Of a DNA stretch of 64,000 nucleotides, positions 40,870 to 55,019 are shown one piece after another; position 1 is the first letter of the stretch, and each line of letters opens with the position of its first letter. The stretch lies in contig CM052816.1 of assembly GCA_028534125.1 (NCBI GenBank), forward strand, positions 35,094,001 to 35,158,000, given 5' to 3'. This DNA is from Lama glama. Taxonomy: Eukaryota. The notes beneath the pieces are model-generated. The model searched no databases and was not told the DNA's origin. It saw only the letters and a list, made by a program, of their open reading frames with translations. The translations under genes and the position numbers were made by a program.

Positions 40870-41770
40870 GCACCTGAAATTATGCTCAGCATCATTATCA
40901 TTTGGAAAATGTAAATTAACAACACAATGAGACACAATGGCTTGCCTATGAGAATGGCTGAAAGTAATTAATGCCCAAGTTATTTTTAAAAACTGACAAA
41001 ACCAAGCCCTGGCTAGAATGTAGAGTGACTATAGAGTTCCCTTGTATTATTAGCAGGGATGCAAAATGGTACAGCTGCTTGGGAAAAGAGTTTGGCGGTT
41101 TCTTATAAACATACATTTACCAGACAAACCACCAGTCCCATCCCTAGGTATATACTGAAGAGAAATGAAAACTTACGTTCACACAACAACCTATATGTGA
41201 ATGTCCATAGCAGTTAAATCAATAATGGTCAAAACCTGGAGATGGGCAGGGTGGGTATGGCTCAGTGCTAGAGTGCCTGCCTAGCATGCCTGAGGTCCTG
41301 GGTTCAATCCTCAGTGTGCCTCCATTTAAATAAATAGATAAACCTAATTACCTGCTCCCCCCCAAATAAAATAAACTTTAGAAAAAAAGGAAAAAAAACT
41401 GGAAATACCTTTCAGCTGGGGAATGGATAAACAGGCTGTGGTATAGCTACACAATGAGCTGCTACTCAGCAATAAAAAGGAGAAAATCACTGATTTGTGC
41501 AGCAGTATGGGTGCATCTCAACTGTGCTGTGTGTGCAATGAAACAGGTCAAACGCAAAAGGACGTACAGTAGAAGATTCCTTTTATAGGACATTCTTGAT
41601 AAGTTTTAAAGGGCTAGGTTGACTAGAAAAGGGTACAGAATTTTAGAGGGTGACAGAACTGCTCTATAATTTGTGGTAATGGTTATACAACTATATGCAT
41701 GTCTAAATACTACAATATATGCTAAAATAATTTATTTTAATTTCTCTCTATAAAAATTATCCCTCCATAG
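40870..41770 (+). mobile_element. Old L1 (MB/MC-like) 3' region interrupted by a SINE
   Basis: gggatgcaaaatggtacagctgcttgggaaaagagtttggcggtttctta, gagaaatgaaaacttacgttcacaca, ggggaatggataaacag. Confidence 0.85.
41244..41394 (+). mobile_element. tRNA-Ala-derived SINE (camelid vic-1-like)
   Basis: A box tggctcagtgc, B box ggttcaatcc, anticodon-like ctAGCat, tail aataaatagataaacctaattacc + polyA; imperfect TSD aaaacctggagat / aaaactggaaat. Confidence 0.88.
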
Positions 41771-42455
41771 ATCTGACTGAAACCATGTAAAGTGTCTTTT
41801 AAAATGAAATGACATTGCAAAGATTGCTGTCTCTTACTATTTCTGGCCAAAAAAAAAAAAAAAAACCAGGACCACTATACTAACATAATGATAACAATAG
41901 CTCAAGTGTTTTAGAATGGCAAGTATTACTTTAAAAGTCCACTGAACAATCAATAAACCATGTAATTAAAACTGCTTTTTAAATCCTAAATAAAATAAAG
42001 TTAAAGATTACATCTCAATTTTCCAAATAACCAATCTTTAAAAGTGAACTAGATCTGTTCCAATAATCATGACATTTGCTTAGCACATCAGAGTAGACAA
42101 AGCATAGATTCCAAAGTATTCTAATTTTATTCAACACTAAAGTTAAGTAAACTTTTAAAACAAAGAATTAAAGAAAATTTTTATCAAAGCTTTTCCTCTA
42201 CAAATTTGCTCTTAAGAATCAATATATTGCTTTAATAATCTTAAGTGGGGTGAGATAGATTAGATCTTTCCACTATATAAGTATCACAATCACTTTTTTA
42301 AAGCTAATTTCAGGGGATGTTTGCATTATAAAGTAAAATAAAAGTAGATTTTTTCAAAAAGAAGCTCATATACAATTATTAACTTACATTTGCAAATCAC
42401 ATGTAAATAACAATTCTCTTCCCCAGGTTCCCAATTTCTATTAGTGCTCTACACA

Positions 42456-42509
42456 CAAAACAAAATAAAAACAAACAAACAAACAAAAACAAAACAAAAC
42501 AAAACAAAA
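42456..42509 (+). repeat. (CAAAA/CAAA)n simple repeat
   Basis: Read directly from the sequence. Confidence 0.9.
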
Positions 42510-43404
42510 ATGTCGAAGAGAGCTGCTTTTCATTACAGGTACATGGTAAATATAAAAAGCAAAATCTTGCTTACGGCTCAGTGATAACTCTTCACAGTTT
42601 CTTCATTTCACTATCTCATTATGAAAGAGTAGAAAGAAAAGGGAAAATTGTTTAATAGCTCCAAGATTCAAAGTCATCGTACAAAATGATCTTAACGCTG
42701 CTGTGGTCTGCCCCATGAGAGTCTTACGAAGAACACGTAAGTAGCTATGTAAAGTACTATAAACCAAACCATGAGGTGATCTCAAGAGTACATCTCAATT
42801 AACAAGAATAATTCAAAAATATTTACAGTTGCTTTTGATTCAATTAATTGTGCTAAAAATGGTCTCCATAAAAATATGGATGTATCTTAAGTGAGTTTAT
42901 ACTCTGGTTGAGAGAAAACAATGTTTATTTAGTTAAGATGGGAGAAGGTGTTCAGTCATTCGTACAATGATTGACATTCCCAGACATGCAGCACTGTACT
43001 AGAGTTTAGAAAACAAGGTTAGATACATAACCTTTGCTTTTAAGGAACTTCAACGGAAGGTATATTTAAATTGTGTGTTTGGTAAGCTCTCATTTGTGTG
43101 CAAGAGCACATACAACTAAAATGAGTGTTTTCTGAAGGTTCCCTAGGTTTTGTGAAGTTCCTTCTCTAGACTAGAATTCTTTTCCAACCAATTTAGCAGT
43201 GTTCTATACTTATTTGAACTTAAACATCTTGTGTAGGTACATATGTGTATGTGAGTATATGCAAATGCTGGAATTTCCCACACTTAGATGACGTACACTT
43301 ATACATATACGTACCACACATCTCATATCATATAATACCACCCATTAACATAACACATATACAAGTGTTATCTGAGTATGTATGAATAAATGTACACACA
43401 CAGT

Positions 43405-43890
43405 CTGGTTATTCTCCACTTACCAACCTGCTTTCCCCTCTAACCTCTTCTATACTCTACTCTACCTTGCCCTCTGTTCCATGCCTTGGGAGGCTGACTC
43501 CAAAGACTTTGCTTTGAAGATTCTCTGAAAAGTTGATGGACTTCCAGTTAGACTCCAAGGGTGAAAGAGAAGAGGTCTGGGTGGTGTTTTCCCCACTACT
43601 CTTGCTTGGTGCTGTGTTTTTGGCAGTTGCTGCATCTCTTCACAATTAAAGCTTCTGCTGGGAAGTCCCACCTGTAAAGTTCCAGCACACACTTGGCTCT
43701 GAGAATTCTATTTCTACCTCTTGTCCCTTTATTCCTCGGGAGAGCAATGACTTGCTACTGTGTTCAGTTTCTGGGTAAGTAACCATCCCTCATCCTGTCC
43801 ATGTTTCTGTTAGGAGTTTTAAAGAAATTTTTTAAAAATCTCTTCATGTAAGCCATCTGGGTTGAATTCTAGTTTCTAGTAGGCCTTCAT
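43405..43890 (+). mobile_element. ERVL solo LTR, LTR33/LTR41-like
   Basis: ccttgggaggctgac, cttgtccctttattcctcgggagagcaatgacttgctactg, aaatctcttca...ctagtttctagtaggcc. Confidence 0.55.
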
Positions 43891-44169
43891 ATATGCACAC
43901 AGAGAGATATATCACCTATACACACATAATATGATACTTAAATATGTAACTATACCAATCAACACTAAATGTTAAATGAAACTAACCACCTAACATGGTC
44001 ACAATTACTAACTGCTTCACAAGGTTTAAAACCAGACAGATCCCAAACCAATGTGCTTTTAATTTTTTTAGTTTTTGTGTGACTATAAAAGTAACATATG
44101 AGTGTGTATGTGTGTCTGATAGAAACTATCACCAAAAATTTGCTAACACTACTGTGGTTTGTAATATAA

Positions 44170-45100
44170 ATTTTAAAATATTTTAAAGCAAATCCATAAT
44201 CATGCTATAAATAAATATTTATGACCTGTTTGTTCAGTTAACAGCTTATTATGAGCATGTTACCATGACATTAACTAATGCAAAAACATATTTTAATGGG
44301 CTCCATAATTTTCTTTTATATGAACTTATAATCATTTACCTGTTCCTTTTTGTGGATATTTGGGTTATTTCCCAAATTTTGCCATTGTTTTCAATGCTTT
44401 GGTGAAGATCACTAACTTCTAACAATTCTTTAGACTATATTCCTAGAAGTAGGGTTACTGGGGAAAAAGGATATTTGAACGTTTTGAAACTACTGAGGAG
44501 TGAAATCCAGTGAAACATCCTGTGATATGCTAATGTTCTACATCTGCTGTGTGCGATATGTAGCCACTAGCTATTCATGTCTATTGAGCACTTGAAATGT
44601 GGTCTGAGACTGCAGAAATAATTATTTAACTTAATAAATCACAATGTGATGACTTGCTATGTGGCACTGCACAGCACAGCTTTAGATACCCATCCCGCCT
44701 ATCACCCCAGAAAAACTGTAGCAATTTACATTTTCATCAGCAAGGAATGAGTCCTCATTTCCTCAAACCTTCAGTAGCAATGACATGTATTATTTTCCAA
44801 TACTGTCAATTTGAAAGGAAAAGTTAGAGGGAATTGCTTTTCAATTTATACTTCTTTAAATGCACGGGTTAAATAGTTTTTCATGTTTTCCATCTGTTTT
44901 TCTTTTGTGAACTGTTCCTTTTCTTCGCCAGTTTTTCTTCTAGAGAGTGAATTTGCTTTTCCTAGACTAGATGCACTCTATATATTAAATAAATGCATTC
45001 CTGCCGTATCTGTTGCAAATAATTTTCTAATTCTGTGATGATGCTTTTTGATATACAGAAGTCTTACATTTTAATCTAAATTTATTCATATGTTTGAGTT
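44170..45100 (-). mobile_element. Old L1ME-like fragment with a nested MER3-like MITE (about 44543-44682)
   Basis: ggatatttgggttatttccc, tattcctagaagtagggttactggg; MITE gtagccactagctattcatgtctattgagcacttgaaatgtgg. Confidence 0.7.
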
Positions 45101-45459
45101 TTTATCGTAAGCCAATTTAGATAAAATCTCAAGTCAATTTACGCATAATTTATTCAGCATCTTTATCAAAACAAAGGGTCATGATGAAACAGTGAATTCA
45201 TGCTTTAAAATACCACCTCTGCCTCAAACACGTAGGAATGACAGGTAAAATTTTAAAAATAGTCAAAAAAGCTATGCTGGACTCAGGAACAAAATAAACA
45301 CTTTCAAAGAACAGAGATACAAACAGTAAGGAGAGTTGATGCTGAAACCTGTTGTGTTTCTGTGTGTCATGTGTCTGAAATTACACAGTTATAGCAAGGG
45401 CCTTCCTCCTACTTAGTAAAAGGAACTAAAAATAGATCCAGGATCTCAGCTTGAAACAG

Positions 45460-46300
45460 CAAATACACAGTTCACAGAAGTGGAGACCAGAAGAGCCAAT
45501 ACATACAGAAGAAGATGTTCAATCTCTCCAGTGATCAGAGGGATACAATTGAAACTGTATCTATCAGAATGGCAAAAATAGAAAGTATGGTAAAGACGTA
45601 TGGAAAAGGAAACTCTTTTATCCTAGTGATAGGAGTATAAATTGGCACAAACACATTGGGAATTAACTCCAGCAACATCTGACAAAATTAAAGATGTGCA
45701 TACCCTTTCATCTTTCTACTTCACTTCCAGGTATAAATAATAAGAGCAACTCACACACATACCTCACATCTATACAAGGATAATTCTTGATACACTACTC
45801 GTGTTAAAAATTAATGGCAAATAAAAAAGTCAAAACATTTGTTAAAAGGAAAATATATGAATTGTGTTATATCCATAAAAAATTTTAAATGATCAAAAAA
45901 TTAAAACCAGTTAAAATAAATAAAGCAGACACTACCACTATTAATATGGACAAAAATAATTTTTAAAAATGTTGAGTACAAAAAGCAAGTTGCAGAATGA
46001 TAAAGTTTTATAAATTGAAAAACATGCAACAAACGCAGAACATACAAACAAATACTGTATGTGGCTAGTACCAGTAACATAGTATAATTACAGTATAAAG
46101 TATAAGAAAAGATAAATCAAATAAGTAGGTAACACTGGGACTGAAAGAGGAATAGAATAAAAGAGGGCTTCACATTCATCCATACTGTTTAAATTCTTCT
46201 TTCTAAAAAACTTAAGTATGGTAAAATGTAAAAAAAAGTTAAACGTTTGGATATGTGTACTTATGATTTCATTCTGCATATTTTTTCATATTTGAAATAA
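45460..46300 (+). mobile_element. Old L1ME-like 3' fragment
   Basis: gaagatgttcaatctctccagtgatcagag, ggagtataaattggcacaaac, aaaagcaagttgcagaatga. Confidence 0.7.
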
Positions 46301-46399
46301 TTTATATAACAAAACAAATAATATAAGAACCTACAAAGAATTCTCTAGAACCTTTTCCAAAATAAAATGTGTAAAAAATCACTTAAAAAGCAACTTGAG

Positions 46400-47060
46400 T
46401 GGAGACTTCCAGTAACAAACAAAATGAGGTAATCTCACTACCATCTCTCTCTCCTACTGATTACAACTAAAACTCTAGACAAAATACAAAAAGCTGAGCA
46501 AACTGAAAATTTAACAATGGGAGGCAGACTGGGGAGGACATGCAAAACTTATAAAAATTCACAGTAAAGATGAGTTTCCTGGTTATTTCTTCTCTGTTGT
46601 CCCCTGACTTTGACCCACAGGGGAACTCGGAGAGGAAATATGTCAAGAGGAAAGAGTACCAAAAAACTGAGAGACAAGCCCTGCCTTTCGGGTCAGGGAA
46701 CCCGGAAAACAGGCCTCTACTAGCCAGAGGGTGGAGAGATTATCTCCATCTTTTTTTCCCTCTTTCTTTTCTCCCAGCCTGCCTGTCCCTGAAAGCAATG
46801 CAGTCACAGGTTTGCATGGTGGGGACAATGAGGGGAATACCTTAACCCTGAAGAGAAACGTGAAAAGGCCAACTGAGTGGTCCCAAAAGTGCGGGGGGAG
46901 ATCCTGATCCTTTTTCTCTTGCTTTTCTCTCACCCTCTTACCCCAACTGCGACCTCAGTTAAGTAAAGCTGCACAGCAGCTGAACTCCGAAAGAAACCCC
47001 TTCTTCGCAGCTGGAATAAAATGGAAAAAGTGGGAATCAGTGAGTATGGTGAAAATCTTG
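46400..47060 (+). mobile_element. Probable old L1M 5' UTR fragment
   Basis: gagacttccag...caaaatgagg...acaactaaaactctagacaaaatac resembles the start of old L1 5' ends. Confidence 0.5.
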
Positions 47061-47414
47061 AAGAGGAGAAAGCTGGAGAAGATAAACCCAACATTAGGAG
47101 ACATTCGTCCCTGGCATTTCTACATATTTCAGACCATCTTTTCAAAGATGTTTATCCAGCAGACAGCCCAGGAAGCTAGAGAGAGAGTTTCCCACACCTC
47201 TGATATGTGGGGAAGGTAAACTGATGCAAAGTTCATGCTGCCTGCTATAAGACATGGCTAATAGACCATCTCCATCCATCTGGACTGTTTCTTTACCAAC
47301 CGTGTTTATGGAAGTGAGCAAATAAACCCAGCAGCATCCCAGCATGCTGCTCTTAGGAACTGCTTGGCCGCTTGAAACACAAGTCCCAGGCTCACTTTCA
47401 AGTTGCACACACTG

Positions 47415-47660
47415 TATGATTACACCCACAGGACTTTCTGGAAAAAGCAGAACGATAGGGACAAAAACAGGTCAGCATTTGCCAGGGGCTAGGGGGAGAG
47501 GCTGACTACAAAGCAGGAGCACAGGGAACTCGGCGGGCTGAACAAACAGTGGCTGAACCGTGATTCCTCTCGCAGACACACGACTCAAAATATTTATCAG
47601 AACTCAGAGTGTGCACTGAGAAGAGGAAAGCTGACTGTATATAACTGTAAAAATCGGAAC
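47415..47660 (+). mobile_element. L1 (MB/MC-like) 3' UTR fragment
   Basis: tctggaaaaagcagaacgatagggacaaaaacaggtcagcatttgccaggggctagggg...gactacaaagcaggagcacagggaact. Confidence 0.75.
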
Positions 47661-48070
47661 TTTTAACTAGGAATTTACATGTTTTTAATTCCAAAAAGCA
47701 ACCAGGAAGTCCACATTCACTTAAAAATCTAAAACATTCACTTAAAGATTACTTTATACAGAACTAATATCAAGATATTAATAAATTAATACTGATAGTG
47801 GCAGAGAGCAGGAATTTCAAAGATTTAATCTGCTTGTAATTTGGTGTTTCTGCTTCCAGATCAGAAGCTAATAGACAGTATTTTTTCTATTGTCTCTGTG
47901 TTCTTTCTCAGGTGTTCAATACAGAAGAAATATCATGATTTCCCTTTTCTTCCCCTTTATCTAGGTTGCATCTCTTTTCCTAGTTTGCTGTTTTTGATCT
48001 TACCTTTTCACTAACTCTTTGTTACTTTCTATTTTAACAGAGACTAGATTTTACTTCTTAAGAATTTTGG

Positions 48071-48314
48071 GGCAGGAGGTGGGAAGGGACAGACTGGGAT
48101 TTCAAAATGTAGAATAGATACAAAAGATTATACTGTATAGCACAGGGAAATACATACAAGATCTTGTGGTAGCTCACAGCAGAAAAAAATGTGACAATGA
48201 ATATATGTATGTTCATGTATAACTGAAAAATTGTGCTCTACACTGGAATTTGACATAACATTGTAAAATGACTATAACTCAATAAAAATGTTAAATAAAA
48301 AATAATAATAAAAA
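48071..48314 (+). mobile_element. Young 5'-truncated L1 3' end with 11-bp TSD
   Basis: TSD aagaattttgg at 48060-48070 and 48315-48325; tt|aaga endonuclease-type site; AATAAA and A-rich tail; close match to 1-245. Confidence 0.92.
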
Positions 48315-49204
48315 AAGAATTTTGGTATCTGTTGCAGCTCTATAAGGCTGTTTCTGGCCATACTCTTACCTCAACTCATATTATTCATTTTATTGATTAG
48401 CACTATTGCCTAATTCCTTAAGCATCCCCACACAGTACAGGGCAGCAAATGTCAAATATCCAGCTCAAAGGTCCTGTCCTTTCACTCACCTTCAAAACTT
48501 AAGTTTGACATAAAGCTTTCAATATAAAGACAGATAAGGCTGGATTTGGGGGCAGTATATTTCATTTGACTATTTAATATCAGAAAAACATTCTCATCTT
48601 GAATTTGAGATATATGGGGAGGGAAAAGAACTAGAATTATTCAGCCAAAGGAAGAGAAAACTTTGAGATGATTTAATATATTTCCCATGGTGAGGCTATA
48701 GCTTGAGGGCTTGAAATTGCTTAAAGGGAATTTTTCCTGAGTAAAATAGCAAATGCTAAAAAAAAAAAAAATCCGCACTTAATAAAATTTTTGAATGAAT
48801 AAATAAATAAGTAATGGCTAAAGGAGCAGAATTTGAATGGAAAAAACGTTCATCTGTCTGAGATTACGAATTTTGTACAGATGTGGTGTAAATGGCAATC
48901 CTAAAAATCATATATAACCCTTAAAAAATAAGAGATCAAAGTTGGTCTATCTGTTTGAAAAGTGTTTTATTTCTATTAACTCTGCATCTTTTCACTAAAT
49001 TTTAAAGCTTTATATATAAATGACTAAATCAGTAATTTTTCATTAATTGGAGTTTTTTAAGTTTGTTTTCTCGGAAACATGACAGCTCATTGTTTGTAAT
49101 CACTCAGGATTACTTTTTTCCCTTTGTCCTACTAATAAGTAGAACAATTAAACTATGCAATAATCCAATCAACTTTTTTAGTTATAAGCTAGAATTCAGG
49201 GGAA

Positions 49205-49230
49205 ACACACACACACACACACACACACAC
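49205..49230 (+). repeat. (AC)13 microsatellite
   Basis: Read directly from the sequence. Confidence 0.95.
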
Positions 49231-50486
49231 AATTTCTCTAGGCAGACAGCCACAAGATGTTTTCTATTGAAAAGCATTTATCAGTAAATGCCTTTACTTA
49301 AAGCACAAAATGATTGATTTTCCAAGGGCAAAGATGCTCCAGCTCTGACCCACCCTTATGCCCCCTGAATGTGCGTGTGTGTGTGCAACCTGTACTGAGT
49401 CTCAATACTGACATTTTCTTCAATATGTTGTATTACTAATAATATTCGTCCTGTATGTCTCATTATAAATAACAGTATCGTTATATAAGATATATCTGTG
49501 TATATATGTATATATACACACATATGTGTGTAAACAAATGTATGTATAAATATAAAATGTTTATGTCAAGATCACAGGTACATTTTCAACAAAGCTTTAT
49601 TTCATGCCGCATAAGTTATGTACATACTTTAATGTTAAGAGTACTCAGATTATTTTAATAGTTATCAGTAGGACAAATCATGAATGTTTGTCTGAAAACA
49701 CACTTTAGTTCCGCAATATACCTGAGTAGAGGGTCTCTGTATTGCCTGGTTTTATTTAAGCTTTATTTTACAGATACTAATGAAGATGACTCAGCTCTCT
49801 ATTTCACTGGATCATCACTCTCATCATTTTCTCCCTTATTTCTAGCCTTATAAAGATGTATTTTCTATGTCTCTCTTGATACTATAATATAATCAAGTAA
49901 TAGTATCAACTTCATCTCTTTCAACTACCAAAAAAATCACTCCTATTGACACTTCTAAATTACTCATCTGGTATTAACATACTTTCTGCTATCCTGTCAT
50001 CCATTTCCTTTATTGTCCCTTCAAGTGTAATTTTTTTTTTTCAAATCTCCTTCCCTTTCTGTTTGCTTCTTTGAATTGTAAGTAGGCAGGCAGGGTGTAG
50101 TTACATACACATATACACTTGCATACAACAATACTACAACAAGTGTCATCATAATTTTTTAACTTGAAATATTGCTATGTATGTATAAATCAAGACGTCA
50201 CACACAGTACTTGTTACAGAATTTGAGTCTGGCACTTTGAAACTTATAAAATTAATTATTAACCATGCTTATTACAATTATGATTATAATATTTATCTAC
50301 ACAAGTGGAATATAAATGAGGACCACCAGGTTAAAATAAGTTAGCAAAATCATATGTTTTTCTTCTAATATTGCTTGAGTTGACTGACAACTAAAACGAT
50401 ACTTATAAGTATTAGTTTCCTTTCAGATTCATCAGATTTTATTTCATGCCTAAGCTAATTTTAAAAAATATTTTTTTGGCTTTGAG

Positions 50487-51795
50487 GCTGGGAAAACTGG
50501 ACAGCAACATGTAAAAGAATGAAACTAGAACATTCTCCAACACCATATACAAAAGTAAACTCCAAATGGATTAAAGACCTAAATTAAGACTGGAAACCAT
50601 AAAACTCCTAGAGGAAAACAGAGGCAAGAACACTCTTTGATATAAATTGTAGCAATTTTTTTTTTGGATCTGTCTCCTAAAACAAAGGAAATAAAAGCAA
50701 AAATAAATAAATAGACCCTAATTAAACTTAAAGGTTTTGCACCACAAAGGAAACTATCAACAAAGTGAAAAGGCAACCTATGGACTGGGAGAAAATATTT
50801 GCAAATGATATGATCAATAGGAGTTAATATCCAAAATATATAAACAGCTCATGCAACTCAACATCATAAAAACAAACATTCTGATCAAAAAATGGGCAGA
50901 AGACTTGAATAGACATTCTTCCAAAGAGGACGTGCAGTTAGCCAACAGGCACACAAAAAGATGTTCAACATCACTAATCACCAGGAAAATGCAAATCAAA
51001 ACCACAATGAGACATCATCTCACACCTGTCCAAATGACTACCGAAAAGAACACAAATAACAAATGTTGGTGAGGATGTAGAAAAAGAGGAACCCTCATAC
51101 ACTGTTGTGGGAATGTCAACTGGTATAGCCACTGTGGGAAACAGTCTGGAGGTTTGTCAAAAAACTAAAAATAGAACTTCCATATGACCCAGCAATTCCA
51201 TTTCTGGGTATATATCTGAAAGAAATAAAGACAGTAATTCAAAAAGATACATGCACCCCAATGTCCACAGCAGCATTATTTTTAATTGCCAAGATGTGGG
51301 AGCAACCTAAGTGTCCATCAACAGATGAATGGATAAAGAAGATGTCGTGTATATAAAGGATATACCATTCAGCCATAAAAGAAGAAATTTTTGCCATTTG
51401 CAACAACATGGATGTACTTGGAGGGTATTATGCTAAATGAAATAAGCCAGATAGAGAAAGACAAATACTATAACATCACTTATATGTGGAATCTAAAAGA
51501 TAAAACAAACTAGTGAATATAACAAAAAGAAATAGACTCACAGATATAGAGAACAAACTAGTGGCTACCCGTGGGGGGAGAGGGTAGAGGGTAGGGACAA
51601 TATATGGGTAGGGAATTAAGAGGTACAAACTATTAGATATAAAATAAGCTACAAGGATATATTGTACAATACAGGGAACATAACCAGTATTTTATAATAA
51701 CTATAAATGGAGTATAACCTTTAATAACTGTGAATCACAATATTGTACATCTGTAACTTATATAGTAGCATACATCAACTATACTTCAATAAAAA
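50487..51795 (+). mobile_element. L1 ORF2 C-terminus and complete 3' UTR (~1.3 kb, 5'-truncated)
   Basis: ORF 50851-51072 [48 protein letters not shown]; ends catcaactatacttcaataaaaa. Confidence 0.95.
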
Positions 51796-51989
51796 GGTTT
51801 TTAAATTTTATATTTTTCAGTTTTAGACCCTAAAAATACTTACACTTGTGCATATAATTACCTGATTAGGGTAGGACATTTTATTCAACTTTTATATTTC
51901 TATCTTCTAAGTTATTATTAACTTAACTAACTGAGTAGTTTCTGGAAATCTAGTGGGCATATTCCCCAAAGTACAGGTTTCAAAAGCAT

Positions 51990-52075
51990 AGGTACTAGGT
52001 CTGTTTTTTTTTCTACTGCATTGCCAGCACCAGATGCATCATAGGTGCTCAATAAATATTTGGTGACTGCGTGAA
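51990..52075 (+). mobile_element. L2 3' end
   Basis: ccagcacc...cataggtgctcaataaatatttggtga. Confidence 0.65.
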
Positions 52076-55019
52076 AGAGGCCAAAAGGGCAGAAAAAGGG
52101 AGAGAAAAGGTGACAGAGCAAAGGGGAAAAGAACATTTGTGTATCTGGATTAGCACATCTTGAGTAGGTTTTTTGAATTATCTCACAACACTATCCTTTT
52201 TTGGAAGAAGGACCTGGGTAACATACTTTAGCTGACCTAGAATAACTTGCAACTTTGAAACTACCATTTATCTCTTGCTCCGCTATGACCTTAAATTCTG
52301 CTGATTCTCTTGCTCCTCTGTGACCTCGATGCTGCTATTAAAATTCTAAAGGGCCTAAAATCAAATTTTACTCACAAACTCCAGATGAATAACTCTACTG
52401 TTCCCTCCGCTCTCAGCCTAGGAGTTCCATATGAGCTTAGAAATACCAGTCACCTGCTTGATGTGTGGATGAAACTGCTAAGAATGTCTGTCATGTCAAA
52501 AACTTCACTGTCAGAAGATGACAAAAGTTAATTCACTACTTTGCATGTACTTCATACCTAGAAGAATACTATGAATCAGCTGTCTAGATTTCTGCCAAAA
52601 ATCGACTCAGTTTTAAAACATAATTGATTTCAACTTGGTTTAGCCGAAAAGCACCAAGACATTTTAAGAAAGTGGAGAGGAAAGTAAGAGAAAACAAGTG
52701 TTGAGCAAGCAGGAAAGAGTTAAGACTGCGAGAATGTGTTATGTCATGGTCTTTGTATAAATCTTGGTCAGAGATGCCATCAGTCTCATAATTTTGTGCT
52801 AGTGACTCCTTCCCCACAAATACTAAATGTGATGCTCAATTATCTCTAAAATTGTTTCTGATGCTGTACACGCTTCTACATTGCCGTAGCATCTCATCAA
52901 GATTAGAATCATTCAATCCACCAACTCATTTACTTCAAATGATGACCCAAATTCCTTCCAGGAAACTTTCTCTAAAATACTCCACCAATAAGTCATGATT
53001 TTGCCCTTCTAACAAACATACATTCAGTTTTTACTAAAATTTGAGCAAACAGCAAGAGAACTAATTAGGCTGCATGTTCATGCAACAAAACATCTGAGGC
53101 CAGTATTCACTTGTTTTGCTTCTTCATTATCATTCAGTAATATACCCACTGGGGACAGTCAACAATCACTTGAGGACTATGGGAATCTGGTGATAACAGT
53201 AAATATATTCAATCTTCTGCAGGATGTTTGGAAATTCACTTTTTTTTATTGTTCTGAACCCTCAAACACAGTTCTTTCACCATGATTTCTAAGTATACCC
53301 TATGTTCTCGCCAAAATGCCTGAATATCAACCAATTTTGAAACAATTTCAAATACACTGGCTTGAATGAATCTGATAAGACAGAGGAATTGGAACAATAA
53401 AGAATTTATCAAAACAGGAGATAATATCTTTCATGGCCACTTAGTCAACACACAAAATCAGCCTGTAGTATGAATTCTTTTTTACCAGTAAGGTGGGGGG
53501 AATTAACACTGCATAATACTCAGTATTAACATAGTTAGGATTATTTCATACCAGTTCCTGATATGCTTAGGTTGGAAATGGATATTTTAGTACAGATTAC
53601 TTTTTTAAATGATTTTTTAAAATTGTATCTTTCTCTTTACTCAAAGTAATGCTGTATAACATTTCTTGAACTCTTGGGTTTGATGTAATATATAATATAT
53701 GACTTAATATACAAATGTGAAATTGTATATTAATATATAAATATGAAATATACAGCCTATAACTCAAAAACACTGTCTAAATTCATTTTTCCAGTTGTTC
53801 TACTTTCCGATTTTAGTAACTTTGACTTCCATATCTTTCTCCACGGTTTTCTTAGTTTATTGAGAGGGTTCACCATCAAAATATAACTAATATCTATTTT
53901 CAGAAAGAATTCAGTATAACTCATTAGTTCAATCTATAACCCACACATGATATAGTGTCTCCCCTGTCTTTTGTCCCAGATTGCAAGCATGTCTTAATAT
54001 ATCTAGGTCAAATTTATATTTCTGTAACAGGAACCTAATGGATATTAAGGAAGTTTGTGCTTTTATGAAAAAGATGACCTAGTATCCAAATATCTTGCTT
54101 TTTTTTTTAAGTTTCCAAAGCTCAGTGGATAATACATTTTCCCAAGTTTGTGGATATTATACTTTCCAAGACAGTTAGCCACAATTGCATTGCAAACTAT
54201 ATGATAATACGTGACATTTTTAAAGGACTTGAGAGTTTACCAAATACTTTTACTACCATGCCTTTACAACAACACTTTAAGTAGGTAAGAAAAAGAGGTC
54301 GGGTCTCAAAGCGATCAAGTGTGTTGTCTTAAGTCTTGTAAGAAACACAATCCAGCGAGGATAGTTGTCAAGCTGAATCAGCCTCTGAACAGCCTTTCTT
54401 GCCTACTCAGCTCCAGGAAATATTTGGGGGAAACCTTAAAGGGAAGGACATTGCTTTAATTGCCTCTAACTCCAAATCAGAATTGCTAAGGGGTTATAAA
54501 GGAAATGCAAACTGCCAACAATCAATTCAGTGATTTGGGCTTCTCCAAAACATCTAAGGAAGTATTTTGATTCACAGATCTATGATGGCTCAGAATAAGA
54601 AGCACACTCTTTCACAGCGTGGGAATTTACTCCATTAGCTACCAGCAAGCCCTGGAAGGATGACACACATTAAAAAAATCAAAACAAAAAAAAAATCACT
54701 GAATCATTGAAAAACAATGTTGTATAACATTTCCAAATTAGTCATCCCTATAATTCTCCCAATCGGGATCTTTTCTGGTTTCATTGCCTCTTTCTTGAAA
54801 GTGACTACTGGAATTATAGTCTAAGTCATCTAGGTGCTGCTACAGGCAATGAGTAAGAGCCAGAATATCACTTGCTTTGTTAATTATAACATTCCTATTA
54901 ATGCCTAGATTTTTTGGACTTCTTGTACACAAATGCATCTATGAGTTCATATTATCCTATGTTCTTTAAATATTATTTCAACTCATAATACTGTGGCACC
55001 TTTTGTAGGCCATCATTAA

